Virus record (IMG/VR): IMGVR_UViG_3300021400_000143
Coordinates: 16,616 to 80,615 of that record
Reading direction: 5' to 3' (one strand)
From: a virus
Taxonomy: Duplodnaviria; Caudoviricetes
Length of the DNA: 64,000 nt
Each line of letters starts with the position of its first letter. The stretch's first letter is position 1. Below are positions 9,501 through 18,816 of this stretch, one piece after another. The notes under the pieces were generated by a model. The model worked only from the letters and a program-made list of their open reading frames with translations. It made no database searches and was not told where the DNA came from. The position numbers and the translations under genes are program-made.

Positions 9501-12500
9501 TGCACATCGGTAAGCATACTCGCGAATACCTCTTTGTTCTTAATGCTAAGTCTGTTAAGTGCTGCTTCTTGGTCTTTTTGTAAAAGAATAAAATTGTCGA
9601 TTGATTGAGTTCCACCAACAGGGACAACACTTTCTTTTTTTCCTATAAGTCCAAGCTCTTCATAAAGACTAACCATTCTCTGAAGATACTCTATGCGAGA
9701 TTCTCCGTCTTTTGGCTTTGCATCAAGTTCTTTTAGTATTTCAATATCTCGTGCGCTTGCTTTTCCTGTAGAGGCAAGCTCTTCCAACCCAACCTTGACT
9801 GCGTTAATGGATTCTGTTATTCTTGTGTATGTGTTTCTTGCTTCAGAACCAAACTCATTCATCCTTTCATTTAAGTCTGTTCCGATTGCTTTTTCAGAAA
9901 ATAATTGAGAAAAATTAACGTAGTCTTCTATAAGCTGTTTCGTTTCTTTTAGCTTTTGCTTAACATTGCTCTCATTTACATCTTCAAGGTTTATAGGAAT
10001 GGTAACTCCAAGCTCTGTTTGTGCAAGCTCAAGCATGTCACGTAGCTTCGTGAGTTGTGTTCCCAAATTGTCTGTTGATATAGCATTTGCGTATAGGTCT
10101 TCTACTTCTTTTCTTACTCCGCTATAAGCATTTGTAATTTCACCAAGTTTTTGCTTTGTTTCTTCACTTGTTTGGTTGAAAAGTACAAAATACGATGCAA
10201 TGGTAGCAATTGCTGTAACCCATGTGGTAAAAGGTATGCTTCTCATTGTTAGACCGAGAAGAGCTATGTTGCCTTGGGTTGTTCTAACTGTATTTGCAAG
10301 CCTAAGCCACGCAGGAATTGTGCTACTAACGGCTCTGCTTGCAGAAATACCAGCAACCATAGACGCTGTTTTGTAAGTGCCAATTGCAACAATTACAGTA
10401 GAAATAATCCTACTAAGTTCACGCCAATGCTTAAATAATACCGTAAGTCCTTTCAATCCAGTCGTCGTTACACCTTGACTATCTTTACCTATATCATTAA
10501 GCATGTTATTCCACGCAAGAGTTAGGTTTGCAAGACGGACTTTTAGTGTGTCAGCCATTTTTGCTTGGAAATCATAGAACTTGCCCCCTTCATCAGTCAT
10601 CTTGTTTACAACCTTCATCACATCGGCATAGTCGATTGCTTTCTTTTTCATGCGGTCGTAAACGTCGGCAGTACTTACCATCTTTCCTTCAAGTTCTGAA
10701 TAGTAATCTGCAAGCTGCTTTACAAGTGGTATGCCAGCGTTGGCAAACATACGTGCGTCGCGGCTATTAAGATAACCGTATGCTTTAATTTGTCCTAACG
10801 CATAAGTAAGACGTTCAACAGGAACACCAACCGCACTTGCCATATCAGCAAGCCTTCTTGTTGTATCTACAACATCTTTTGCAGCAATGTCGTATGCGGT
10901 AAGCTGTTTTGCTGCATTGGAAAGCTCAATAAGTGTGTATGGAGAAACCAACGACATTTGTGATAACTCGTTAAAGATACGAGTACCACGTGAAGCACTA
11001 TCCAAAAGAATACCTAATGCCTTTTCGTTCATTTCGTATTGCGAGCGTACTTCAATCAAATTCCTTACAAACTGCGTAGAAGCACCAACGGTAAAGTAAA
11101 AAGCAAGACGGTTTTTCATATAGTTCCATGAACGTGTAAGGGCATTATTGAGTTCAGAAGCTTTCTTTGTAGTACCCATGTACTTGTTCAAATCTGTGTT
11201 CAAACGATTGATTTCTGCATCAATCGTTTTTATTTCTGCGACTTGCTTCGGGTCGGTAAGGTTTATTCCACGTTTATAAGATTGCAACCTCTGTATTTTA
11301 TACGCTATATCATCAAGCGTCTTTTCAGGACCTTTTAATGCCGCGTCTAAGTTTATAGGTGTTGATAAATCCTTTCTTAATTGTTGAACATATCTTGACG
11401 TGGTTTGGAACTCTTCTTTCAACATCCTACCAAAATTGCTGTTTTGCATAGTAGGGGTAAGTCTATTCCACGTTTGTTGTAGCTGATTTAAATAGACATT
11501 TAGTCTTTGGATTTCTTGCGAAGAAGTTTTTACATCAGATACTCCAATGTTAAGCGTATTTGCCACCATTTTTTCAAATGGAGTGCCTATTGACGGTGTT
11601 TTGTATTGCTTACGCTTGATTTGCTCTTCTGTTATTTGACGCTCTATATTAAGCTGTTGCTGTGCTACACTTACAGTTCCTTGTGTTTCTATTTTAATTT
11701 TCTCTTCGTTCTCTCTTTGAACATCTTGTAAACGTGCAAGTTCTTTTTGATTTCTTAATAATTGTTCTTCGATACTAAATTTGCTATCATTATAAATAGC
11801 AAATGTTTTGTTTCCAACATCATAAGAAAAGATACCAGTTTTTCTAAATTCTTCGTTTTTACGTATAGCATCTGCCTGCCGACGAATTTCATCAGTATAT
11901 TTTTGTGCTGACGACGTCGCTGCTTCGTAACTTGTCGTTTGTTGTTGTAGTAATGATTTGCCAGATTTAAATTGCTCATTAAGTAGAGCGAGTTGAGGAT
12001 TGGTTTTTTGCAAGCTGTTCACGTAATTTTGCATGGTATGACCTTGTGGTGCGATAACATCACCCATCTGCTTGATACCTGTCTGTAAATTACGTATTTG
12101 TGGAATAAGATTGTGAACTTCCTGCTCGTATCTATGCACACCCTCTGTTGCAAATTGAAACAAACCTTTATCACCCGTGGTAGTTGCGTGTGCAGCCAAA
12201 GCAACGAATGATGAATATTGCTGTCTTGCCTCTCTCAATCTTTCTCTAAGCAAGTCGAGTTGAACATTCATCGTTTGCAACACATCAGCATTACGAATAG
12301 AACTTGAATCTCCGCTACGGACTGCAACTTGTTGCACTTTTGCAAGTTGGTCGTAAGCCATTGCAGTGTCTTTTACCGCTTTTGCTTCTTCTGTTTGCGC
12401 TTTCGCTCTCCTTGACGAACCACCATTGGCAGACCCACCCATATCTACCTTAATTTCACCAAGCTTGTTAAGTGTTTGTGTTATTTCTTGAACAGCACTT

Positions 12501-12622
12501 GTTGAATCTTTTTTCATTTTCTCCAACTGTGAGTTGAAGTGAGTAACAAGTGAATCTATTGAAGCTCTTAACTTATCATCGTCAAGTTGAGCTATAACAA
12601 CTGTTGGATTGAGATTTGACAT
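6548..12622 (-). CDS. Tail tape measure protein
   Basis: 2024 aa, helical; tape-measure domain (SPYTLIELSNAAKQL...LTYALGQIKAYG...NAGIPL); follows tube and chaperone genes. Confidence 0.92.
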   Translation of the reverse strand: MSNLNPTVVIAQLDDDKLRASIDSLVTHFNSQLEKMKKDSTSAVQEITQTLNKLGEIKVDMGGSANGGSSRRAKAQTEEAKAVKDTAMAYDQLAKVQQVAVRSGDSSSIRNADVLQTMNVQLDLLRERLREARQQYSSFVALAAHATTTGDKGLFQFATEGVHRYEQEVHNLIPQIRNLQTGIKQMGDVIAPQGHTMQNYVNSLQKTNPQLALLNEQFKSGKSLLQQQTTSYEAATSSAQKYTDEIRRQADAIRKNEEFRKTGIFSYDVGNKTFAIYNDSKFSIEEQLLRNQKELARLQDVQRENEEKIKIETQGTVSVAQQQLNIERQITEEQIKRKQYKTPSIGTPFEKMVANTLNIGVSDVKTSSQEIQRLNVYLNQLQQTWNRLTPTMQNSNFGRMLKEEFQTTSRYVQQLRKDLSTPINLDAALKGPEKTLDDIAYKIQRLQSYKRGINLTDPKQVAEIKTIDAEINRLNTDLNKYMGTTKKASELNNALTRSWNYMKNRLAFYFTVGASTQFVRNLIEVRSQYEMNEKALGILLDSASRGTRIFNELSQMSLVSPYTLIELSNAAKQLTAYDIAAKDVVDTTRRLADMASAVGVPVERLTYALGQIKAYGYLNSRDARMFANAGIPLVKQLADYYSELEGKMVSTADVYDRMKKKAIDYADVMKVVNKMTDEGGKFYDFQAKMADTLKVRLANLTLAWNNMLNDIGKDSQGVTTTGLKGLTVLFKHWRELSRIISTVIVAIGTYKTASMVAGISASRAVSSTIPAWLRLANTVRTTQGNIALLGLTMRSIPFTTWVTAIATIASYFVLFNQTSEETKQKLGEITNAYSGVRKEVEDLYANAISTDNLGTQLTKLRDMLELAQTELGVTIPINLEDVNESNVKQKLKETKQLIEDYVNFSQLFSEKAIGTDLNERMNEFGSEARNTYTRITESINAVKVGLEELASTGKASARDIEILKELDAKPKDGESRIEYLQRMVSLYEELGLIGKKESVVPVGGTQSIDNFILLQKDQEAALNRLSIKNKEVFASMLTDVQDYYYTSGVAAKKFEQQVMRVAKEVDINNIPVEQRTIKLNAAINEEASLHNWNQFEKEFARQILNRKFGTTIEISEESKQSAEEDLQAWQKRQKDWFNNNKIDVKLDFQTNDTELSYAKRTLQDYKDKLEEVEVQRRKLNVGTGLKEDLDKAIEAAKKAQIVAKEAGADLESLNKKTKEKTSKKDVLGEAISKEVQYINDIQKRFKEYKQAGVDAQEALTLATNEYGKSIVRNNAILQKYGIKTLSSSQLASMPIQKIRDFYKEQLSGASASTNGVEALEKAIANLNTEITKIDYKRITDGLNNELSKIKDEYELAVELDANPELGNIFTDIFDIDPNELPQNLDEYAARVTDALNKSFEKQKKNFRLPTIELTDDDLKAYKAESEKPKGLITEADYKEIEKQTKEIRNLRKKDREDTLKRTQELQYKLGDINEKIAIETKKLTNLQIQAEKEKNAEKKALLELEIQDQEQAISKLKEQILSELPAYKALFESITDYSNGVVNRLAKNYKRVLDEAKKRGLNNNGKYTLTEGDVTVELTPERLNKEYKNVFKEIRKSESAFAKIKNAFTGDKGTNTQKDWAKGLELIAEEARKAADGVRTVAEIFDALGGDEDTTEILNDVATSMEGIATAGQGVSQIASGDYIGGTVNVIKGAWQAISTWFDNDNKKIDRQIEKSKFKVQELELAYKKLEYAAKKALGTEETVAKRESIAVKEQELAELERQLALEQQKDYKKNSDKREQKERIQDYLDSIESLKQEIQDAKEEIVNNLLGSDVKSAAEEFVDTWVEAWRAGETTLDAIQDKMDEVIFNLIKKSMTSKIVETLLNPFYKEVDRMTSAESEMGDALTINELRQLAQMAGVTAEQINTALGEFYGNLDALDIISQSSEANKQLSALQQGIQGITEDTAGALEAYMNGVSQQVYLHSQLLTEIRNAVVSMDNDIQMGIQAQMLLQLQQSYAVQMAIQNILLGWSNPSGMAVKVEMI

Positions 12623-12644
12623 TATATATGGGTGTTTTATGTGG

Positions 12645-13465
12645 TTACTTTTTCTTTTTGTTGTTTTTCCTTACTGGTACTTCGTATTCCTCACCTTCTT
12701 TTAGGGTTGGAACTTTTAAGCCACCAAAGAAATTATCGAGTTTGGTCTGCGCTTTAAGTGCTTCGGAATAATTATTCCATGCTTTTTTGTCAGAACCTTT
12801 TAAGTATTTTGTGTGTGTGTTGTCAACAGCCATAAACTGTATTTGCGCACAACTTAATTTATAGAGATAATCATCAAGAGTATATTGCGTGAATACTTTT
12901 ATGAAGTCTGAGGCGTCTGCAATGATAGTGCTTCCATAAACTGTGATGCTGTCTCCACTGATTTCTTCTTCCGCATCAGCAGAGAATCCGTAGCCATACT
13001 CACCGATTTTTTGAGTAAAAAAAAACCAGATAGGTCAACCGACTTAATCGCACCAAGTATGATAGCCGCCCATTGGTTGATTTCAAAGGTGCTATTCATT
13101 ACCTTCATCTTCATGGTGCTAATCAACCTATCGTTACGAGATACCGCATCTTCATAATCCCTTACATTGTCTGGTGTAAACAAGTGGTTGCAAAGAATAA
13201 TTGCCATGATTTCAGCCATAGCATCCAAGTCGGTGCATAAAGCCGTTATAATTGCGTTGTCGTCGCTTAAAGTTTCATCAGCCTTACGCATATCCATACA
13301 AAGCCTTGCAATGCGATATACGCTATAAAAACGCATGTTTTTAACCGTGTATTCTTTATCACCAAGCTGCACCAAAGACGGTGTATCGTTAATGATGTCG
13401 ATTATATCCCTTTTGATGTCTATTGGGAAATCCTGCAATTCCTCCTTCTCTTCTTGTTTTTTCAT
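12645..13465 (-). CDS. Tail assembly chaperone, -1 frameshifted (GT-like) product of about 273 aa
   Basis: The -1 frame is open from just upstream of the slippery site to the stop at 12645 and includes track ORF 12645..12833. Confidence 0.7.
12899..13465 (-). CDS. Tail assembly chaperone (G-like)
   Basis: Between tail tube and tape measure genes; contains the slippery GFFL codons. Confidence 0.8.
   Translation of the reverse strand: MKKQEEKEELQDFPIDIKRDIIDIINDTPSLVQLGDKEYTVKNMRFYSVYRIARLCMDMRKADETLSDDNAIITALCTDLDAMAEIMAIILCNHLFTPDNVRDYEDAVSRNDRLISTMKMKVMNSTFEINQWAAIILGAIKSVDLSGFFLLKKSVSMATDSLLMRKKKSVETASQFMEALSLQTPQTS
13016..13025 (-). promoter_or_regulatory. -1 slippery sequence T TTT TTA within a T9 run
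   Basis: tct ggt ttt ttt tta ctc is in frame; X XXY YYZ heptamer. Confidence 0.7.
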
Positions 13466-13487
13466 GTTTTAATGGTTGTTTGGTAAG

Positions 13488-13530
13488 AAAAAAGGGAACG
13501 TTACAGGGAACACCCCTAATAACGCCCCCT
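13488..13530 (-). terminator. Intrinsic terminator after the tail tube gene
   Basis: AGGGGGCGTTA...TAACGTTCCCT stem followed by T6. Confidence 0.7.
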
Positions 13531-13569
13531 ACGGTTACATAGCACTTTATTCTCTCACATGGTAGATTA

Positions 13570-14079
13570 TTACTCAGATGGCTTTGTGCCGATAATCTTA
13601 TACATGTGGTCGGTGGTTACTGCATCAGTACCAGTACCAGTGGTTACTTCGTGGTTGAGTGCCGTGATGGTTACAGAGAAATTCAAAGCACCATCTTCGT
13701 CCTTCTTGATTGTACCAACGGTCAGACCCTTGTAGATGTAAAGAGCGAAGTTACCACGCTGGAACTCCAACTGCCAAGAGTGTTCTGATGTGAAAGCTGC
13801 TGGTGCGCCTTCGTACACATCGCTTGTAACAGAGCCACCAAACAAAGCAGGAAGTTCTGTCAATTCGTAGTTAGCAAGCTCGAAGTTCAGAGTTATAGGG
13901 TTTCCATCGTAGAAGATGTCAAACGGAGTGTCAAAGAACTCGGCTTCAATCTCGGTGCTATCAGGTTCGTCCTGACCTACTGTAAGACCTTTCAACACAC
14001 CCATCAATGGGGTAGTTGCGTCACCACCGACTGTACCATATTTCAGTGCAATGGCTTTAACGGTTGTTTTCTTTGCCAT
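13570..14079 (-). CDS. Major tail (tube) protein
   Basis: 169 aa, beta-rich, biased codons, directly upstream of the chaperone and followed by a terminator. Confidence 0.75.
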   Translation of the reverse strand: MAKKTTVKAIALKYGTVGGDATTPLMGVLKGLTVGQDEPDSTEIEAEFFDTPFDIFYDGNPITLNFELANYELTELPALFGGSVTSDVYEGAPAAFTSEHSWQLEFQRGNFALYIYKGLTVGTIKKDEDGALNFSVTITALNHEVTTGTGTDAVTTDHMYKIIGTKPSE

Positions 14080-14117
14080 GATTATTTTCCTTTTAAAATT
14101 TTGGTTACTAATAAAGT

Positions 14118-14555
14118 TTATTCTTGTTCTTCAATTTGTACGATGAATGATTTGATAAAGGTGAAATACACGTTGTTCGCGTTGCTTGTTTCTTCTGCAT
14201 CCATAGAAAGAATATCTTCACTTTCAATATGATATGTACCAGTATTGTCTTCAGATGCCAACTTGATAACTTCGTTAATACTATCTTCAAACGCTTTGTA
14301 CTTATCATAATCAAGACGACCTCTGCTTATTGGTGGAACAAACGCTTCAATGTAGCATCTTACTCTACCATAAGTATGCAAGTCAAACTCGCTTTCATCA
14401 AGAATACTACCAACACGAATAACAATAAACCCGTCAGCGGTATCAGATGCGGTAAGTTCTTGCGGTTCTTGCATCGAATACACATTTCTCGTTACAACCC
14501 CATAAAAGAGATTGTAAAGATAATCGTATATGTCAATTCTTGATTCGTTATACAT
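14118..14555 (-). CDS. Putative tail terminator/completion protein
   Basis: Acidic 145 aa immediately upstream of the tube gene. Confidence 0.55.
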   Translation of the reverse strand: MYNESRIDIYDYLYNLFYGVVTRNVYSMQEPQELTASDTADGFIVIRVGSILDESEFDLHTYGRVRCYIEAFVPPISRGRLDYDKYKAFEDSINEVIKLASEDNTGTYHIESEDILSMDAEETSNANNVYFTFIKSFIVQIEEQE

Positions 14556-14564
14556 ATTCTATTC

Positions 14565-15212
14565 CTATTCGTAAGCCTTTTCAAGCAATTTCTCGTATGG
14601 GATATTTGGTGGCAAAGATACGTTGTAGTAATACTTTCTTGCTGGTTTCAACTCTTTGCGCACTTGGTCGTAAACCTCTGCCATAACAGAGAACTTTAAA
14701 AAAGTTACTGTACGTGGTATTGGTGATTTTCCACCACCTCGTTTCAAAGTAAAACCTTTTTCCCAATAACCCCAATAAGGCGCGAGGATGCCGAATACGA
14801 TTTTCCAACCTCTTGTGCCTGTTGACGCAGCCTTTTGTATATATTCTTCTGCGAACTTTCGTCCGTTGACTGGAAACATCGAGTATATTTGCGAGCCATA
14901 GAACTCATGCAAGTGTGATTCGCTTGTTGCTTCTTCACCCCACAACTTTCGTCCTTTCTTTAATGGTGCTTTCTCATAAAATCCATATCCTACGACATTT
15001 CCTTTATAAGAAACACTCCAGCAAAGACTTTGCAATAAATGACCTGTTCTATACAAGTTGTTTTTGCTATCGAAAGTCTGGATTTTGTCTCCAATGCTGT
15101 CAAGCTTCTCTTTAGCGTATTCAACAAGCCTTGCGTTGTTCAATTCAATGGCTTTGTTTAACAATACGTTGTGGAAATAATTTTTATCCCAGATTAGCTT
15201 TGACTCTTTCAT
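14565..15212 (-). CDS. Putative neck/tail-completion protein (HK97 gp10-like position)
   Basis: Basic protein with an RTGHLLQSL motif, in the connector block. Confidence 0.5.
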   Translation of the reverse strand: MKESKLIWDKNYFHNVLLNKAIELNNARLVEYAKEKLDSIGDKIQTFDSKNNLYRTGHLLQSLCWSVSYKGNVVGYGFYEKAPLKKGRKLWGEEATSESHLHEFYGSQIYSMFPVNGRKFAEEYIQKAASTGTRGWKIVFGILAPYWGYWEKGFTLKRGGGKSPIPRTVTFLKFSVMAEVYDQVRKELKPARKYYYNVSLPPNIPYEKLLEKAYE

Positions 15213-15213
15213 G

Positions 15214-15549
15214 TCACCAACTATTACGTGAAGAATAAATGCTTACACCACCTAATTGCGATGGTTCAGCGTTATCTACGGTTAGACTGAATGTTTCGCC
15301 ATAACGAGTGATTGAAATCTTGTCACCTTTCTTTGGTATTCTCCAAGTACCATCGACATCTTGTGTAAGTGGAATAGAAACAATATAACTCGAAGTTTGT
15401 AGTGTTCTACCTTCCTCGTCTGTTACCATGTGTTCATCCATAACACCTTCGTAAACAGTAATGGTTGTATCTGATTCACGACCACTGCCCTCAATAACTC
15501 TTGTAATGATACCAGTGTAAGGATATTCAAGTATTTCACCACGCATCAT
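15214..15549 (-). CDS. Putative head-closure protein
   Basis: 111 aa, beta-rich, follows the adaptor gene. Confidence 0.5.
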   Translation of the reverse strand: MMRGEILEYPYTGIITRVIEGSGRESDTTITVYEGVMDEHMVTDEEGRTLQTSSYIVSIPLTQDVDGTWRIPKKGDKISITRYGETFSLTVDNAEPSQLGGVSIYSSRNSW

Positions 15550-15935
15550 AAGTGTTCAACATCAACGATTGGTACAAATCTGATTTTTCTCTTGTTTGAC
15601 AATTCCTCTAACGTGTCACCTCTATCATCATCGTACTTATTGTAAATACGAATCGCGTATTTGATTTTATCATCTTGGTAAAAGTCTTGTTCTTGCCCAA
15701 TGGATTTTTGATAACCATTGTGCGATTGAGACAAAGACGCAGTATTAGATGGACTTAAAAGTACGGCGGTGAAAATGATGTCCGCAGTCATAAGTTCCCT
15801 TTGCCGCTTAGACACCAACATTTCGTCGTACACATCGTCGTCTGGGTTGCACTGTCTATCCAATGCAATCTTAATGAAGTTTTGCTCTTCAAAAGAGTAA
15901 CGTGTGGATGCTTTAAGCCATTCTAATACTGTCAT
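15546..15935 (-). CDS. Putative head-tail adaptor
   Basis: 129 aa, helical, directly after the capsid gene. Confidence 0.55.
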   Translation of the reverse strand: MTVLEWLKASTRYSFEEQNFIKIALDRQCNPDDDVYDEMLVSKRQRELMTADIIFTAVLLSPSNTASLSQSHNGYQKSIGQEQDFYQDDKIKYAIRIYNKYDDDRGDTLEELSNKRKIRFVPIVDVEHL

Positions 15936-16002
15936 CTTCTACAACCATTTAATAAACATAAACAATTAACAACGATGAAAAACAAAATGCGAGAATTACG
16001 TG

Positions 16003-17280
16003 TTAGTCTGCCTGAGAAATGTCAACCACAACGTGATATTGGCTTTCGTTCAGCACGGTAGCGTAACGACCAATAACATCGGTGTGATAAGACTTCAACA
16101 TTCCGTTTGGTGTAATCTTGTTGATAACATACAGCATGTTCTGCACCTTTGCAAGAGAGAACTGAATACCGTTGTTTACCTCGCCAGACTGCATCAACTG
16201 AACGTCTGCTGGCTTTGCATGAACAACAACACCAGCGTAACCAAGAGGACGAAGAACAACGACGTTTTCTTTCCAACCTCTAACGGTGTGGTATGTTGTA
16301 ATACCCTGTACTTGCTGCTGCTCGCGAACAATGCGGATAGGTGAAATCTTGCTGATTGGTGAGCGAGAATACTGAACAAGCTGCTCCCAAGTAATGCTGT
16401 CAACAGAAGTGTTAGCATTACCATTGTTGATAACGATAACCTTGTCTGGAGCGTAGAGCTGGATGTAACGATTTACCTGCTCGATGAACTTAGCGTTCTT
16501 CAAGAGTACATTAACTACGGTGTCCCAAGGAATATCCCACTCAAATGGTGTATCGTCAGGAATGTAGTTTGCTTCCTTGAAATCCTGCTCAATCTTACGC
16601 ATCTGTTCAGGAATATCCGCGTTAGCATTAGACCAAGCAAGTGTGCCTGCCGTCTTGTAGTTTGCAAGTGGAATGTAAGGCTCTTGGTATGTAACAACAC
16701 CGCTAAAGCCGCGTGTAGTTGCTGTACCACCACCAATCTTTGTAAGGCTGATATTGTTACCATATTCACCACCACGAGAGAGTGTCATGGCTGCCATGTT
16801 GGAAAGACGGAGGTTGTGTGTCTTAACAAGGTCGGCAACACCACGAACGAAACCAACAACGAGATTCTGGTCTGTTCCAAGTTCCTGCAAACGTGCAGCG
16901 AGTTCGAGCTTAGACATGGAAGTTTCAAACAAGCCTTTACCATACTGGTAGATAGAGCCAGTCTTTTCTCCAAAGCCCTCAGCATCAAGCTGCATAGTTT
17001 CTGACAGAGGTGCCATTGCATCAGCCATAGGAACTGTGCGATTGATTTTCTGACGAACAGTCCAAGCTGGGTTCTTCTTCAAGTCGGAAATGTCAATATC
17101 GTACTCGTTACCCTCTACGGTAAAATGCTCCTGCCAAAAGAACGAGTTCTCTTCAATCTCGATTGTGTTGTCAATCAACGACTGCAAAAATCCTTGATTA
17201 GTGCCGTCAAGGAATCCTTTCTGATACAGCTTTTCAACCGCTTCTTCAGGAGTCCACTGATATTTAAGTGCATTAGCCAT
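16003..17280 (-). CDS. Major capsid protein
   Basis: 425 aa, strongly biased codon usage, between scaffold/decoration and connector genes. Confidence 0.75.
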   Translation of the reverse strand: MANALKYQWTPEEAVEKLYQKGFLDGTNQGFLQSLIDNTIEIEENSFFWQEHFTVEGNEYDIDISDLKKNPAWTVRQKINRTVPMADAMAPLSETMQLDAEGFGEKTGSIYQYGKGLFETSMSKLELAARLQELGTDQNLVVGFVRGVADLVKTHNLRLSNMAAMTLSRGGEYGNNISLTKIGGGTATTRGFSGVVTYQEPYIPLANYKTAGTLAWSNANADIPEQMRKIEQDFKEANYIPDDTPFEWDIPWDTVVNVLLKNAKFIEQVNRYIQLYAPDKVIVINNGNANTSVDSITWEQLVQYSRSPISKISPIRIVREQQQVQGITTYHTVRGWKENVVVLRPLGYAGVVVHAKPADVQLMQSGEVNNGIQFSLAKVQNMLYVINKITPNGMLKSYHTDVIGRYATVLNESQYHVVVDISQAD

Positions 17281-17299
17281 AATTCAAATCTCCTTTCTT

Positions 17300-17995
17300 T
17301 TAAATCCAGAAAATACCGTCGATGTAGGAACGATTCTTAGCGAGAACGTAGTTTGGCAGTGGCTGCATACGAGCAATCCAAGCCTCCTTGTCGTGTACGG
17401 TGCTAATAGAGTAGTTGGCATTTTCGATACCATAACCCTCTGTTGGCATCAAGTCACGGTCTGCTTCAATGAACGTGTTAGGGTTTGGAACAAGCACGTT
17501 TACAGAATTTGTTGGAGTGTCAAGTGCTGCGTCAGCGGCTGCATCAGCCTCAACAAGAATGTCACCTGCTGACAATGCAGAACCAAGAGCTGCTGCAACT
17601 GTTACTGAAAATTCCTGTGTGTCTGTGTCGTAAGTAACACCAGTTACTTTAACATAAGCACCCTTTGTTGTAGCGGTAGTAGGTGCTTTCATAAGGTACA
17701 TTCCTACCTCAGGAGCATCGCTATAACCGTCACCCTTAATCTTAATCGTTGTTGCAGAGCTAATTGCGCTTGCGCTTACCTCAAACGAACGGAAGATAAG
17801 GCATCCCTCTGCTGGTGTGTACTGAACCAACTGTGCAGCCCACAAGTGTCCGAAACCCTTGTTAGGGTTAAGGATTGTGCCGCCAAGCAACACATTCTTG
17901 CGAGATTCACCGTTGCTGTCTTTTACCCACACCCACTTACCACCACGTACCTTGCGTGATGTTTCGTAGAAATAAGATAAATTAGTTACTTGCAT
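17300..17995 (-). CDS. Putative head decoration/cement protein
   Basis: 231 aa, Ala/Thr-rich beta protein between scaffold and capsid. Confidence 0.55.
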   Translation of the reverse strand: MQVTNLSYFYETSRKVRGGKWVWVKDSNGESRKNVLLGGTILNPNKGFGHLWAAQLVQYTPAEGCLIFRSFEVSASAISSATTIKIKGDGYSDAPEVGMYLMKAPTTATTKGAYVKVTGVTYDTDTQEFSVTVAAALGSALSAGDILVEADAAADAALDTPTNSVNVLVPNPNTFIEADRDLMPTEGYGIENANYSISTVHDKEAWIARMQPLPNYVLAKNRSYIDGIFWI

Positions 17996-18009
17996 AATAA
18001 TCTCTAAAA

Positions 18010-18633
18010 TTAAATTTTAATCTTTGGTAATGAACCGATGAACTCTTCATCTTGTTTCCTTGTCTGTCGTGGTGCAAGTGGCTTTATTTCACCAATGCTA
18101 TCACGGAAAATGTCTTGGAAACGATTTGACAATCTCTTTGCTTGTTCTTCAGTTGTTTCGTCCAAGTTGACTGCGAAATCGGCTGCGTAAACCTCAAACG
18201 ACTTATGCAAATCTTCTCGAACACTCTTTTTTGCCAAATCCACAACCTCCTTGTACTTTTCCCTTTTCTTTGCATCATCCTTGAATTTTTCAAGTTCTTG
18301 CAACTGCTTTTTCACATCTTCGGGAAGTTCAGTAGGTGTTGGTGGTTCTTCCTTTGGCTTTGTCAACTCTGCAATTTGTTTCTTGTAGTCGTTCTCTTTG
18401 GTTTCAAATGCTTTGTTTGCAAAGGAAATTCCTCGCAAAGCTGCACTTCGTGCCGTGTCGATATTAAACTTCAAGTCAGACAAAATGGCTTCATCATTGA
18501 TGTCACCTTCTGGATTTCTTTTTGCAAAAAAATCAGCGAACTTGTCTTTAAACTCTGCTGTTAGTGTTGACTCGTCGTAACTTCTCTCGTTACAATAATC
18601 GTTTGCTCTCTGCAAAACTTCTTCTTTTGTCAT
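18010..18633 (-). CDS. Putative capsid scaffolding protein
   Basis: Charged coiled coil with a Pro linker; first gene of the head operon. Confidence 0.6.
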   Translation of the reverse strand: MTKEEVLQRANDYCNERSYDESTLTAEFKDKFADFFAKRNPEGDINDEAILSDLKFNIDTARSAALRGISFANKAFETKENDYKKQIAELTKPKEEPPTPTELPEDVKKQLQELEKFKDDAKKREKYKEVVDLAKKSVREDLHKSFEVYAADFAVNLDETTEEQAKRLSNRFQDIFRDSIGEIKPLAPRQTRKQDEEFIGSLPKIKI

Positions 18634-18659
18634 AGTTCTCTCCTAAATTTTTGTTTCAA

Positions 18660-18691
18660 CAAAGTTATGTTTATAATAAAATTAGCGCAAA
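18660..18691 (-). promoter_or_regulatory. Promoter TTTG-N20-TAACTTTG for the head-tail operon
   Basis: Both boxes at consensus spacing, 27 nt before ATG 18633. Confidence 0.75.
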
Positions 18692-18754
18692 GCAATTTAT
18701 TCTTAAAGTTGTTTGTATCTTGCGTCTTGTGAAAACTTTAATAATATTTGTATG

Positions 18755-18784
18755 TTCGTGCGTGTGTTGTATTATGTAACTTTG
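18755..18784 (+). promoter_or_regulatory. Promoter TTCG-N18-TAACTTTG for the terminase-portal-lysis-fibre operon
   Basis: Perfect -7 box and near-consensus -33 box. Confidence 0.65.
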
Positions 18785-18816
18785 TGCGAAATTTAAATAA
18801 AGCAAACATTTACGAT

